A stretch of DNA of 64,000 bases from an uncultured Acidibacter sp. (GCA_964533305.1 CAZHLL010000001.1:6401-70400), one strand, 5' to 3'; positions 37,531-47,413 are shown, numbered from the stretch's first letter. Notes: generated by a model not told the origin, from the letters alone. Numbers and translations are program-made.

Positions 37531-38990
37531 GGCCTGGCGTCTGCGTGGCGTGCCTGTTGCCGTCGGGCACCCCAGGTCATGAGCATAATGACCCCTGCCG
37601 ATAACACGAATGCGGGTAACAATTCATAGACCTCGAACCAGGGCCCAAGCCCCGACAACCGAGGCCAAAGAATCACCGTGGCACCCCCCGTGACGATACC
37701 CGCCAAGGCCGCGTGACGAGTCATGTCGGGCATATACAACGAGAGAATCACGGCGGGCCCGAATGCGGCCCCAAAACCCGCCCACGCCCAGGCCACAAGA
37801 TCGAGTACGCGACTGCTTGGGTCCCAGGCAATCCACAAAGCCACGGCCGCAATGCCGAGCACCGCGAGACGCCCCGATCGCAGCAATTGCGTCGGTGTCG
37901 CAGACGGTCGCAAGACGGCGTAGAAATCCTTGGACAAGGCCGAGGAGGCGACCAACAACTGCGCAGCAGCCGTACTCATGATGGCGGCCATGACACCAGC
38001 GAGACAAATACCGGCCAGTGCAGGGGTCAAAAAAAATGTCGCCATCTCGATGAATACTTTCTCGGTATCGGCACCCGCCAGAGGCTGCGGGTACACCAAG
38101 CGACCACTCAAGCCCACCATCACCGAAGCCACGAGCACGATGATCACCCACGTCATGGCGACTTGTCGCGCCACAGTCAGGTGCTGCACCGAACGAGCGG
38201 CCATGAAGCGCGCGAGGATGTGCGGCTGACCCGCGTAGCCGAGACCCCAGGCCAGCAAAGATAAAATGCCGATCCAACCTAGCCGCTGATCGCCCTCGGC
38301 CACAAAGGGATCGAGCAAGTTGGCATCAAGTGCCTGTAACCCTTCGAAGGTTTGTCTCAAGCCGCCGCTTTCAGCCACACCGACGATGGCTACCATGACC
38401 AGCGCAAAGAACATGAGACTGCCCTGCAGCACATCCGACCAGCTCACTGCCAGAAAGCCACCAAGGAAGACGTAGCCCAGCATGACGACACTGCCCAGTA
38501 TCAGCGCATCATGGTAGGCCAAGGAAAAGACCGACTCGAACAAACGCCCGGCTGCGACAAAGCCAGAACTCGTGTAAAAAACGAAGAACACAAGAATGAA
38601 TATCGCCGAGACGGTACGCAGACTGTGCCGTGTATCGGCAAAGCGATTTTCAAAGTAATCGGGCAGAGTCAGAGACGACAGTCGCTCAGTGGCGTCACGC
38701 AGCGGAGCAGCCACCCAACGCCAATTTGCCCAAGTGCCGAGCACAAGCCCCAACAGCAACCATACCGAGTCGAAACCGGACGCATACGCAAGACCCGGCA
38801 AGCCCATGAGCAACCAGCCACTCATGTCTGTGGCTTGGGCGCTGAGTGCAGTCACCCAACTGCCAAGACTGCGGCCACCAAGGATGTAATCGCCCAAAGT
38901 GCGTGTGCGTCGAAAGGCGATCACCCCGAGCGCCAGGCAGATCGCCATATAAAGCTCCATGGTGACAATGCGCAGTTCAGAATCGGTCAT
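37527..38990 (-). CDS. Sodium:solute symporter (SSF family, PutP-like)
   Basis: 487 aa: DYILGGRSLGSWVTALSAQATDMSGWLLMGLPGLAY, the SSF signature, and about 13 helices. Confidence 0.85.
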   Translation of the reverse strand: MTDSELRIVTMELYMAICLALGVIAFRRTRTLGDYILGGRSLGSWVTALSAQATDMSGWLLMGLPGLAYASGFDSVWLLLGLVLGTWANWRWVAAPLRDATERLSSLTLPDYFENRFADTRHSLRTVSAIFILVFFVFYTSSGFVAAGRLFESVFSLAYHDALILGSVVMLGYVFLGGFLAVSWSDVLQGSLMFFALVMVAIVGVAESGGLRQTFEGLQALDANLLDPFVAEGDQRLGWIGILSLLAWGLGYAGQPHILARFMAARSVQHLTVARQVAMTWVIIVLVASVMVGLSGRLVYPQPLAGADTEKVFIEMATFFLTPALAGICLAGVMAAIMSTAAAQLLVASSALSKDFYAVLRPSATPTQLLRSGRLAVLGIAAVALWIAWDPSSRVLDLVAWAWAGFGAAFGPAVILSLYMPDMTRHAALAGIVTGGATVILWPRLSGLGPWFEVYELLPAFVLSAGVIMLMTWGARRQQARHADARP

Positions 38991-39877
38991 GCCAACCCCC
39001 TTGCAAGCCGGGAGCCAAAGAATTCATCCAGAAATTCAGCGAGTGCACGTCGACTGTCGGGCTCATCCAACGTAGGGGTGTGCCCCCGATCACGGACGGT
39101 GACCGTTCGCAGGCTTGGCCGCAACTGCTGCATGCGCTGCAAGGTAGCCAGCGAGAGCAGATCCGACAGCTCCCCCCGCAGCGCCAACATCGGCTTGGCA
39201 TCCTGCGCCAAATAAGCTTGCCAAAAATCGGGAATCTGCCCATCCGACTCGCGCATGGCCTGGCCGATCAAAGGATCCATGTCACGCTCGATGATGCCCG
39301 GCGCTCGCTCCCGACAAAGCCGACGGGCAAAGCGCAACCAATCGGCAGGTTCGAAATCGGGCATGGCCGAGCGATGTCCTGCAGCCAACTGCCCTGCGGC
39401 TTGATCCCAAGTGGAGGCGGCCGGCGCCGTACCGACGGTACTGGCGATACGCAGCAGACCGACCGGATCGAGCTCGGGGCCGATATCATTGAGGATCAAC
39501 GCGGCAACGTCTGGTGAGGACTCGCGACTGAGGCAAAGTCCGATCAGTCCGCCCAGTGACGTGCCGAGCACGATGACCCGCGGTAGCTGCAGGGCAGCTA
39601 ACAGGCAGCGGATGTCATCAAGATAGACCTCGAGCCGATAATGCCGCCAATCCGGATCGCGATCGGACTCTCCACGACCACGCAAGTCCGGTGCAAGCAC
39701 GCGGTACTCTTGCGCCAACCAGGGGGCGAGGGACTCGAAGTCGCGGCTATTGCGAGTCAAGCCCGCCAAACACAGCACGGGCGGCCTGGCTAAAGCCGCA
39801 GCGGGGGCTGCTGCCGGGTAATCCGCGCAATACAGGTTGAGACCGTCGCTCAGACGAACGAAATGCCGAACCATCAC
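38987..39877 (-). CDS. Alpha/beta hydrolase
   Basis: 296 aa: [16 protein letters not shown], nucleophile elbow GTSLGG, C-terminal [11 protein letters not shown]. Confidence 0.8.
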   Translation of the reverse strand: MMVRHFVRLSDGLNLYCADYPAAAPAAALARPPVLCLAGLTRNSRDFESLAPWLAQEYRVLAPDLRGRGESDRDPDWRHYRLEVYLDDIRCLLAALQLPRVIVLGTSLGGLIGLCLSRESSPDVAALILNDIGPELDPVGLLRIASTVGTAPAASTWDQAAGQLAAGHRSAMPDFEPADWLRFARRLCRERAPGIIERDMDPLIGQAMRESDGQIPDFWQAYLAQDAKPMLALRGELSDLLSLATLQRMQQLRPSLRTVTVRDRGHTPTLDEPDSRRALAEFLDEFFGSRLARGLA

Positions 39878-40287
39878 TTGGCAAACAACATGGCCGGATC
39901 GCGGAAAGACTTGAACTCGAGCGCATTGCCCGAAGGATCAAACAGGAAAAACGTGGCTTGTTCGCCAACTTCGCCCGCAAATCGAATACCGGGCGGGATG
40001 ACGAACTGAGCCCCAGCCGCCTCGAGCCGCCCCGCAAGCCTATGCCAATCCTCCCACGCCAGTACGACCCCGAAGTGAGGTACGGGAACATGTTTGCCAT
40101 CAACGACATTGTGATGCAGGGATTCTTTTAGCCTTGGATCAAGATGCACCACCAGCTGATGACCAAAGAAAGCAAAATCCACCCATTCCTCGCTGGAGCG
40201 CCCCTCCAGGCAAGCAAACAAGCCGCCGTAAAATTCGCGAGCGGCCGCGAGATCATGCACCGGTATGGCGAGATGAAAAGGGACCAT
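39874..40287 (-). CDS. VOC/glyoxalase-fold family protein
   Basis: Start at M43 ([24 protein letters not shown]), giving a 1-nt TGATG overlap with the SDR gene. HFGVVL ... [13 protein letters not shown]. Confidence 0.7.
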   Translation of the reverse strand: MVPFHLAIPVHDLAAAREFYGGLFACLEGRSSEEWVDFAFFGHQLVVHLDPRLKESLHHNVVDGKHVPVPHFGVVLAWEDWHRLAGRLEAAGAQFVIPPGIRFAGEVGEQATFFLFDPSGNALEFKSFRDPAMLFAK

Positions 40288-41111
40288 CAGCGACGACCCA
40301 GCAACTTTGGCAGTATTTTCTGGAATCTTTGCGGCATCCATCGCTTGAGACGCCACAGCCAAAGATATTTTTCGGGATATACGCAGTAATTGTTGCCGCG
40401 AGCAGCCGACCACAAGATGGCCTCCGCCACCTGCTCGGCCGTGGTATCAGCTTGTTCAACCAACTTTCGAGCTGATGCCAGTGTCTTCTCTGAGCCGCGG
40501 GCGGTCTCCATCAAGCGGGTCACGAAAAACCCGGGCATGGCAACAAGTACCTTGACACCATATGCCGAATACTCTTGCATCAAAGATTCACTGAGTGCAA
40601 CGACGGCTGCCTTCGAGGCATTGTAGATAGACATGTGCGTGCCCGTGCAAAAACTGGCGGCACTCGCGATATTGATGATCAAGCCACCCGGGCCCCGAGC
40701 CATGTGGCGGATGACTGCACGCGAAGCATTGGCCACACCGACCACGTTGATATCCATGACCCAACGCCAGTCCTGCTCGGTGCTGCCATGAAACGGACCT
40801 GCCCAGGCTACGCCGGCGCAATGTACCGATATATCGATGCCGCCCGCCATGGCGACGGCCTCATCGATCGCATGATCGAGTGCCGCCGCATCCCGCACAT
40901 CACCCTCGATCGTGGTCACCAACGCACCATCGCGACGAAAACTATCCGCCACCAGCGTGAGGCGGCTGGCATCCATATCGTGCAAAAACAGCTGCCAACC
41001 CTCGCGCGCCAGAATCTCCGCGCAAGCCAAACCGAGACCGCTGGCGGCGCCGGTAATGAACGCCCGCTTGCGCGGATAACGTTGGGATAAATTACTGGCG
41101 GCGGCCGTCAT
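40287..41111 (-). CDS. SDR family oxidoreductase
   Basis: 274 aa: [13 protein letters not shown] (TGxxxGxG), [15 protein letters not shown] (YxxxK). Confidence 0.88.
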   Translation of the reverse strand: MTAAASNLSQRYPRKRAFITGAASGLGLACAEILAREGWQLFLHDMDASRLTLVADSFRRDGALVTTIEGDVRDAAALDHAIDEAVAMAGGIDISVHCAGVAWAGPFHGSTEQDWRWVMDINVVGVANASRAVIRHMARGPGGLIINIASAASFCTGTHMSIYNASKAAVVALSESLMQEYSAYGVKVLVAMPGFFVTRLMETARGSEKTLASARKLVEQADTTAEQVAEAILWSAARGNNYCVYPEKYLWLWRLKRWMPQRFQKILPKLLGRR

Positions 41112-41129
41112 GGTGGCTAGGTTACACCG

Positions 41130-42713
41130 TCAGACCCCGAGCCGAACACGCAGTTGGCGCGCCTGCGTCTGAATGGCCTCTCGCTCGTCATCTCCCAAAC
41201 GCGCAAGATTGCGTAACTGCAATTGCATGCGGGGATTACCGGCAAGCAGCTCCCGGTGGCGAAGCAAAAAATCCCAGTAGAGAGTAGTGAAGGGACAGGC
41301 GCGCTCGCCCGTGGATTGCTGCGGCCGATAACGACATTGGCCGCAATAGTTGCCCATCCGCTCGATGTAGCGACCTGTGGCGATATAGGGCTTGGAAGCC
41401 ATGATGCCGCCGTCGGCGTACTGCGACATCCCAAGCGTATTCGGCAATTCCACCCATTCGACGGCATCGACATACACGGCCAGATACCAGGCGTGAACCG
41501 CCTTTGGATCGACACCCAGCATGAGGGCGAACAGCCCGGTGACCATCAATCTTTGAATATGGTGGGCATAGCCATAACGCAAGGTCTGCTGAATCGCATC
41601 CTGCAAACACGGCATGTCCGTCTCACCGCTCCAGTAGAAGGCTGGCAGCGCCCCACTCGCCTGCAATGCATTGCGTTCAAGGTATTCGGGCATGAAGTGC
41701 CAATAGATCCCGCGCACGTACTCGCGCCAGCCCAGCACCTGTCGAATGAAACCTTCAGCAGCAGCGAGCGGCATGGCGTCCTCATGGAACGCTCGCTCGA
41801 TACGTGCGATGACGGTCTGCGGATCAATCAATTTGAGATTAAGTGCCACAGAGAGCCGCGAGTGCCACAACCACGGCTCACCCTGCCATATCGCATCCTG
41901 ATAGGCGCCAAACAGGGCCCCTCGGTGGCGGACGAAATCCTCCAGTGCCGCATCAGCCTGCGCGGGCGTCAGTGGCCAGTCGAAATCCTGCAGACTCCCA
42001 GGATGATCGGGGTAGCGCGTAGCGACCTCTTGCAGAACCTCTCGCGTCAAAGCGTCAGGCTCGAATGAAAGCGGTGACGACAGACCCAGCGCCCCCGGCC
42101 CCTCGCGGCCAAAGCTCTTGCGATTGTCAGCGTCATAATTCCATTGCCCGCCCACCGGCGAGCCGTCTGCCTCCAGTAACACTTGATGACGTCGTCGCAT
42201 CTCACGATAAAAATATTCCATGCGTAGCTGCTTTCGTCCGCGAGCATGTCGGGCAAATTCGTCTCGACTACAAAGAAAATGTCGGTCCTCGTGAATTACG
42301 AGTGGACAGGCCAGGCCCTTCTGCATTGCCAGCAAACCCTCGCGCAAGCGCCACTCGCCAGGTTCGACCACATGCACGCTTTGCGGCTTGATTGAACCGA
42401 TGTCATCCTTCAGCGCCTCGAGCAGATTTTCCTTTTGATCCTGCAAGCGGTGGTAACACACTGTCCAGCCCTCAGCTCTACGAGCTGCTGCAAACTGGCG
42501 CATGGCGCCAATGAATACGGCGATACGCGGCTTGCTGGACCAGACATGGGTCGCTTCCGCAGCTGCCTCGCACATCCAGATCACATCCTGATCGCGATCG
42601 GATTCTTTGAAGACTTCAGACGAGACATTAAGTTGATCGCCGAGCACCACGATGAGACGACGTGGCGCGGATACGGTGCGGGTCACTGACGGGGAGCGAC
42701 GAGTAGTAGTCAT
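41130..42713 (-). CDS. Cryptochrome/photolyase family protein of the Fe-S bacterial (6-4) photolyase type (PhrB/CryB-like)
   Basis: 527 aa. N-terminal LIVVLGDQLN (DPRP-type domain). GYAHHIQRLMVTG. Four Cys in the FeS-BCP arrangement: DMPCLQD ... YCGQCRY ... RACPFTTLYWDFL. Confidence 0.8.
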   Translation of the reverse strand: MTTTRRSPSVTRTVSAPRRLIVVLGDQLNVSSEVFKESDRDQDVIWMCEAAAEATHVWSSKPRIAVFIGAMRQFAAARRAEGWTVCYHRLQDQKENLLEALKDDIGSIKPQSVHVVEPGEWRLREGLLAMQKGLACPLVIHEDRHFLCSRDEFARHARGRKQLRMEYFYREMRRRHQVLLEADGSPVGGQWNYDADNRKSFGREGPGALGLSSPLSFEPDALTREVLQEVATRYPDHPGSLQDFDWPLTPAQADAALEDFVRHRGALFGAYQDAIWQGEPWLWHSRLSVALNLKLIDPQTVIARIERAFHEDAMPLAAAEGFIRQVLGWREYVRGIYWHFMPEYLERNALQASGALPAFYWSGETDMPCLQDAIQQTLRYGYAHHIQRLMVTGLFALMLGVDPKAVHAWYLAVYVDAVEWVELPNTLGMSQYADGGIMASKPYIATGRYIERMGNYCGQCRYRPQQSTGERACPFTTLYWDFLLRHRELLAGNPRMQLQLRNLARLGDDEREAIQTQARQLRVRLGV

Positions 42714-42828
42714 GGGGGCTGATCATAGACCGGTCGCCCATACCTGCGATCACTTTACCTCTTACCACCGTCGTGTCAGCGTCGACGCTCTGGTCATCAC
42801 ACCACGCGAAGCAAATGGGGGGTCCATC

Positions 42829-44538
42829 ATGAAGGCTGTATCGCGTCGTCATTTCCTATCGGGCTCTGTGGGTTTGACCGCTGCCGCGCTGGCGGCAGCC
42901 GAGCTGAAGCTCAATCAGGCGTTGGCGCAACGCCCCCCCGGTGCCGGCGGCCCTCCACCCGGGGTGGGTGGGCCTCCTGCCGGAATAGCGGCTCCGCCCA
43001 TGGCCGGCGGACCCGCCAAACCGCTCGGCCCGCCACCGAAGTGGGAGTTCGGACCCTTCGAAGATTTGCGCGACTGGATCGCCGAACTCGACCGTCGCGG
43101 CTTAGCGCTCCGCGTCCGCGATGTCGATCAAGACGCCTATGAAGGTACGGCGCTCATGTACCGGCTCATTGATCGCTTTGGCATGTACTTTGCGCCCGTG
43201 CTAATTCTGGAAAACGTCAAGATCGATGGCAAATGGCATGCAGGCCCCATCATCACCAATCATTTTGGTCACTGGGATACCGAGTGCCTGAGCTTCGGCA
43301 TCGAGCCCATCGCCGGCGATCATGTGGCGACCTATTACAAGGCCTTGGCGCGGGTACAGGAATATCTTGATCGGGGCAGCGCCGGCGCTTTCCCGACGGC
43401 GCCTTTCATTGAGGTAACACGCGATCAAGCGCCCTGCAAAGAGGTCGTACTGCGTGACGATCAGGTCAACTTACTGGACTTCGCTTTCATCCAGTCAAAT
43501 CCGGCAGACTCGACCCGTTACGTCAACACGGGATCCGTCTTCACCGACGACGCCGAGCTCGGTAAAAACTTCGGTACCTACCGCTGTGAGATCAAAGGCC
43601 CACGATTGCTGGGCATCAACCCGGAAGAAGGTCAGGGCGCCTGGAGAGCGTTCATGAAGGCGAAAGAGCGCGGTGACAAATCGGTCAAAGTATCGATTGC
43701 GCTCGGACAAGATCCAGTGACCTGGGTGGTATCGAGTTCCAAACTCAATCGCGCCGGTGCCGATGAGCTCGAAGTTGTCTCCGCCATTCGTGGCAAACCC
43801 TTGCGGGTGATCCGCTCCGAGACCAACGACCATCTGATCCCGGCGAACTCCGAAATGGTCATCGAAGGTATCGTCCCGCTGGATCAACCCATGCTACCGG
43901 AGGGGCCCTTCGGGGAAATGTACGGCTATATGGGTGCACGCAAAAGCGAAAATTTCTGGATGCAAGTTACCGCGATCACACATCGACGAAATCCGTGGGT
44001 GGTCAATCAATTCACTGGCGTGACTCGCGGCTTCACCACGGCGCCGCTCGAGCAAATCGCCATGAATTCATTGAAGCGCTTTATGCCAAATGTAACCATG
44101 CTGCATACGCCGGTGGAAGCCACGGGATTCTGTTTCGTCAGTATCAAAAAGCAGAAACCCGGCGAAGCATTGGAGATTGGTCAACGCATTGCCCAAATTG
44201 TGGGTATTGCCAAAGTGGTCGTGGTGGTGGATGACGACATTGAAGTCCTGGATCGTACTCAGGTCATGCATGCCATGGGTTCGCGCTGGCAGCCTAATCC
44301 CGCATCCCGCATTATCGATGAATCACGCGGCATGCCGCTGGACCCGTCGCTGACCAACCGCCCCATGACATCAAAGATCGTGATCGACGCGACCCGACAA
44401 TGGCCGGAGGAGGGAGGTCCTGCGGTCTATCAAGCGCTGAATCGCACCGAGCTTGAACGCCTGGCACCTGACGCTTTCGCAAGGGTGGGCGAACGCTGGA
44501 CCGACTGGGTGGGCGATTATCGACCACCCGGTGTTTGA
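42829..44538 (+). CDS. UbiD-family decarboxylase with an N-terminal twin-arginine signal and a Pro/Gly-rich linker
   Basis: Start at ATG 42829, preceded by GGGGGG. Signal MKAVSRRHFLSGSVGLTAAALAAAELKLNQALA. Linker QRPPGAGGPPPGVGGPPAGIAAPPMAGGPAKPLGPPP. UbiD core NFGTYRCEI, SIALGQDP, ELEVVSAIRGKPLRVIRSETNDHLIPANSEMVIEGIV, EGPFGEMYGYMG. Confidence 0.8.
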   Translation: MKAVSRRHFLSGSVGLTAAALAAAELKLNQALAQRPPGAGGPPPGVGGPPAGIAAPPMAGGPAKPLGPPPKWEFGPFEDLRDWIAELDRRGLALRVRDVDQDAYEGTALMYRLIDRFGMYFAPVLILENVKIDGKWHAGPIITNHFGHWDTECLSFGIEPIAGDHVATYYKALARVQEYLDRGSAGAFPTAPFIEVTRDQAPCKEVVLRDDQVNLLDFAFIQSNPADSTRYVNTGSVFTDDAELGKNFGTYRCEIKGPRLLGINPEEGQGAWRAFMKAKERGDKSVKVSIALGQDPVTWVVSSSKLNRAGADELEVVSAIRGKPLRVIRSETNDHLIPANSEMVIEGIVPLDQPMLPEGPFGEMYGYMGARKSENFWMQVTAITHRRNPWVVNQFTGVTRGFTTAPLEQIAMNSLKRFMPNVTMLHTPVEATGFCFVSIKKQKPGEALEIGQRIAQIVGIAKVVVVVDDDIEVLDRTQVMHAMGSRWQPNPASRIIDESRGMPLDPSLTNRPMTSKIVIDATRQWPEEGGPAVYQALNRTELERLAPDAFARVGERWTDWVGDYRPPGV

Positions 44539-44545
44539 AACTGGG

Positions 44546-45106
44546 ATGAGCGTAGAGATGGGTGTGGGTGTAGACACGGGTATACCCTTAGAGATTTGCA
44601 CCACACGACTACGACTACGTGCTTTTCGCGAAGACGATGCCAGCTTCGTGTTGCAATTGATGAACGAGCCCGCCTTTCATCGTTTCATTGGTGATCGCGG
44701 TATTCGGTCAATGGAAGATGCACAGCGCTATCTGCGTGACGGACCGATTGCCAGCTATGGTCAACATGGCCATGGCCTGCTGCATGTCTCGCTGGTGAAC
44801 TGTGCAACGCCTGTCGGCATGTGCGGTCTCGTGCGCCGCGATAGCCTGCCGGGCCCGGATATCGGCTTCGCCCTGCTGCAGGCGCATGAGAACCAAGGCT
44901 ACGCTACCGAAGCGGCGCTCGCCGTGCTCGATCATGCGCAGAACACGCTTCGCTTACCGGCAGTGTACGGCATTACCCAGCCCGACAATTACCGCTCGAT
45001 GCGTACCCTCGAAAAGCTGGGACTGCGGTTGCTCGAATGTCGGCAAGTCACGGACGACGGTCCGAAGCTCAATGTATTCATTCGGAAATTCGAGGTTGTT
45101 TCCTGA
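44546..45106 (+). CDS. GNAT family N-acetyltransferase
   Basis: Start at M32 of the track ORF, 8 nt after the UbiD stop. TTRLRLRAFREDDASFVLQLMNEPAF ... IGFALLQAHENQGYATEAALAVLDHA ... NYRSMRTLEKLG. Confidence 0.8.
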   Translation: MSVEMGVGVDTGIPLEICTTRLRLRAFREDDASFVLQLMNEPAFHRFIGDRGIRSMEDAQRYLRDGPIASYGQHGHGLLHVSLVNCATPVGMCGLVRRDSLPGPDIGFALLQAHENQGYATEAALAVLDHAQNTLRLPAVYGITQPDNYRSMRTLEKLGLRLLECRQVTDDGPKLNVFIRKFEVVS

Positions 45107-46358
45107 CCCAGAAGGCAAACACCAGCAGCAGTACATTGGCGCCTGCCATGATGATGAAAGGTGCACCTGGGCGCCATAGATCAAACGCAATGCCGCCAAG
45201 CTTGGAAATCAACAGAATACCCAGAGCGCCAAAGAATCCGACAAAGCCGATCACAGCACCGCGAATGGCCGTCGGCGCCTCTTGGGCAATTAGCACTTGC
45301 GAGGCCAGAATACCGCTGATCTGACCGATCCCCAGCATGGCGGCTGCAGCAAACGCCATTCCTCCAGCCGTGGGATCGGGCGTAAGTCCCATCCAGCCAT
45401 AGCCGATCACCGATAATACCGTCGCAATAATAACCAACGTCACGCGATCGATCTTGTCCGCCAGCCAACCAAAGAAAGGCGCCCAGATAAGCGCCATACC
45501 TTGCACGATACCGAAGATCGGCCCGAGCTTGGCCGCCGCCTCGGTCTGGCTCGCCCCGGCCGCTTGGGCGGCCAACTGGACCCAGAGCGCTAGAAACAAG
45601 GCCACAATCACGAGATCGGCGCGGGCCGTGAAGGCGGCGGCATAAGCCAGCGCGATGCGCGGCTTGCGGGCCGCCATAAACCCCTGTGTCAGCAAAGTTT
45701 TGAACGGCAAGCGCTCACCAACCTGATCTGGCCGACCCGGCTTCAGCAATAACATGATGACAGCGCTGATGGCGCAGACGAATGCCACTGACAGATACGC
45801 GGCCCGACCGGCTTCCGTTTCCGTCATCCCGTAACCCGCATAAATTTGCGGTAACCGCACGAGAACCACCAAAAAAATCAAGGCGCCGACTGCATTCAGG
45901 AAAAACGATATGCCGGTCAATTTGCCGCGATCGGCGTCCACGGGGTAATCCGCCAATACGGTAGCCAGCATCCCGCCCAGCGCCGCGACGGCCACTGCGA
46001 AGATAAGGCGGTAGATCAGCAATTGCCCCATGTCATCGGCGAACGGATACGCCGCGTAGGCGAGTGCTGCCACGGCAAAGCCCGTGACATAGACGACGCG
46101 CCGTCCGACGCGATCCGACCACGCACCGAAGAAGCCCACCATCAACAAGGTCACGATCTCCTGCCAAAACTGCAGGTCGCCCGAAACCACCCCTCGATTT
46201 TCGGGTGGCACACCGATATTGACCTCAAGCAAATAGGGCTGCAGAGCTGTGAGGTAGGTGAAAACACCGATACTGACAAACGCGGCCCAAAGATAGGCAA
46301 ACACATGGCGTTTTTTCACGCCTGGCATGAGTGTAATCGGACCCAATTTCTCTGACAT
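45078..46358 (-). CDS. MFS transporter (paralogue of 36232-37530)
   Basis: 426 aa: FGAWSDRVGRRVVY, MLATVLAD, LGIGQISGILASQVLIAQEAPTAIRGAVIGFVGFFGALGILL. Confidence 0.8.
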   Translation of the reverse strand: MSEKLGPITLMPGVKKRHVFAYLWAAFVSIGVFTYLTALQPYLLEVNIGVPPENRGVVSGDLQFWQEIVTLLMVGFFGAWSDRVGRRVVYVTGFAVAALAYAAYPFADDMGQLLIYRLIFAVAVAALGGMLATVLADYPVDADRGKLTGISFFLNAVGALIFLVVLVRLPQIYAGYGMTETEAGRAAYLSVAFVCAISAVIMLLLKPGRPDQVGERLPFKTLLTQGFMAARKPRIALAYAAAFTARADLVIVALFLALWVQLAAQAAGASQTEAAAKLGPIFGIVQGMALIWAPFFGWLADKIDRVTLVIIATVLSVIGYGWMGLTPDPTAGGMAFAAAAMLGIGQISGILASQVLIAQEAPTAIRGAVIGFVGFFGALGILLISKLGGIAFDLWRPGAPFIIMAGANVLLLVFAFWVRKQPRISE

Positions 46359-46412
46359 GCATTAGCCTCGGTTATTGAGAATTTCCGCTATGCGGATGCA
46401 AACAAGCTTCCG

Positions 46413-46904
46413 TCAGCCATACCACGCGGACGGATTTTTTTGATGAAGACGACGATCCAAACCGAACCACAGTCCGGTTCGCCACAGAACGAACGGCATG
46501 AAGAACAGGGTGAGTACGATCAAAGAGGCGTCGTAGTAACCCCCCACGGCAAAAGACAGCATCATGAACATGGCCCCTGCAGCCGAGAGACGAGTCAGCA
46601 GACCGAGACACAGCCCAATCGCGATCAAGGTTTCACCCCAGCAGACATACCAGGCCAAAGGCAGCCAAAACGGCAAGCCGATATGCTCCAGAAAAAGCGC
46701 GCCGACACTTTCAGGGTCAATTTCTTCAAGGCGTTCACTGAACACCCTCAAGAGCTTGTCGGAAAAGAGATAGTTCTGCTCCCATTTATTGATGGCTGCG
46801 CTCAAAAAAAACAATGCCAATAGGTAACGAAACACGAGTAAGGCGATCTTGCCGACACCGAGCCGTACAGACATGACGGGTGCCTCCGAGGCCGTGTCGG
46901 TCAT
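46413..46904 (-). CDS. DoxX-like membrane protein
   Basis: 163 aa with four helices. IALLVFRYLLALFFLSAAINKW and LLTRLSAAGAMFMMLSF resemble the DoxX family. ATGA-type overlap with the upstream gene. Confidence 0.55.
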   Translation of the reverse strand: MTDTASEAPVMSVRLGVGKIALLVFRYLLALFFLSAAINKWEQNYLFSDKLLRVFSERLEEIDPESVGALFLEHIGLPFWLPLAWYVCWGETLIAIGLCLGLLTRLSAAGAMFMMLSFAVGGYYDASLIVLTLFFMPFVLWRTGLWFGLDRRLHQKNPSAWYG

Positions 46905-47413
46905 GGTCGATCACTCAGGGGCAGCGGCCGGCCAAGCACCTCGCGTACGAACGCGTAACCGTCCCGCCGCGGCAAGGTGGCGCAGCACCCTTGCAGCTCG
47001 CCAGTGACGGTACGCCACTCCCCCTCGCGCATGTCTATGCGCGCATCCGGCAAGACGATGGTCGCTGCAGCCAAATCAATCCGCGCGGCTAACCCATCCT
47101 GCCGCAAGTCTTTGTGCTGGCCGTTCGCAAGATAAATAGTCAACGGTCGGATATCGGTGGTTTTGGGCCGGATACGCGCGATCAAGTAATCCCAGATGGT
47201 CGCAATTTGTGCCCAGAAAGTTTTGGCCCTAAGCCGATACAGTGTGTACGTCTCATTGTCTGATTGGCAACGGATGAAGTCGTCACAGGTGGTGCAATAA
47301 ATATTGATCCGGATCAAATGAGAGTCCGGCACAGCGTCTGCCGCACGGGCGCTGTGTATCGATGCCGCGAGGCATGCAATCACCAACCAGAACCTGCGCG
47401 CGTGATACCGCAA
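46901..47413 (-). CDS. Hypothetical exported protein
   Basis: 170 aa. Signal MRYHARRFWLVIACLAASIHSARA. Cys pairs (CTTCDDFIRC, GCC). I recognise no family. Confidence 0.5.
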   Translation of the reverse strand: MRYHARRFWLVIACLAASIHSARAADAVPDSHLIRINIYCTTCDDFIRCQSDNETYTLYRLRAKTFWAQIATIWDYLIARIRPKTTDIRPLTIYLANGQHKDLRQDGLAARIDLAAATIVLPDARIDMREGEWRTVTGELQGCCATLPRRDGYAFVREVLGRPLPLSDRP

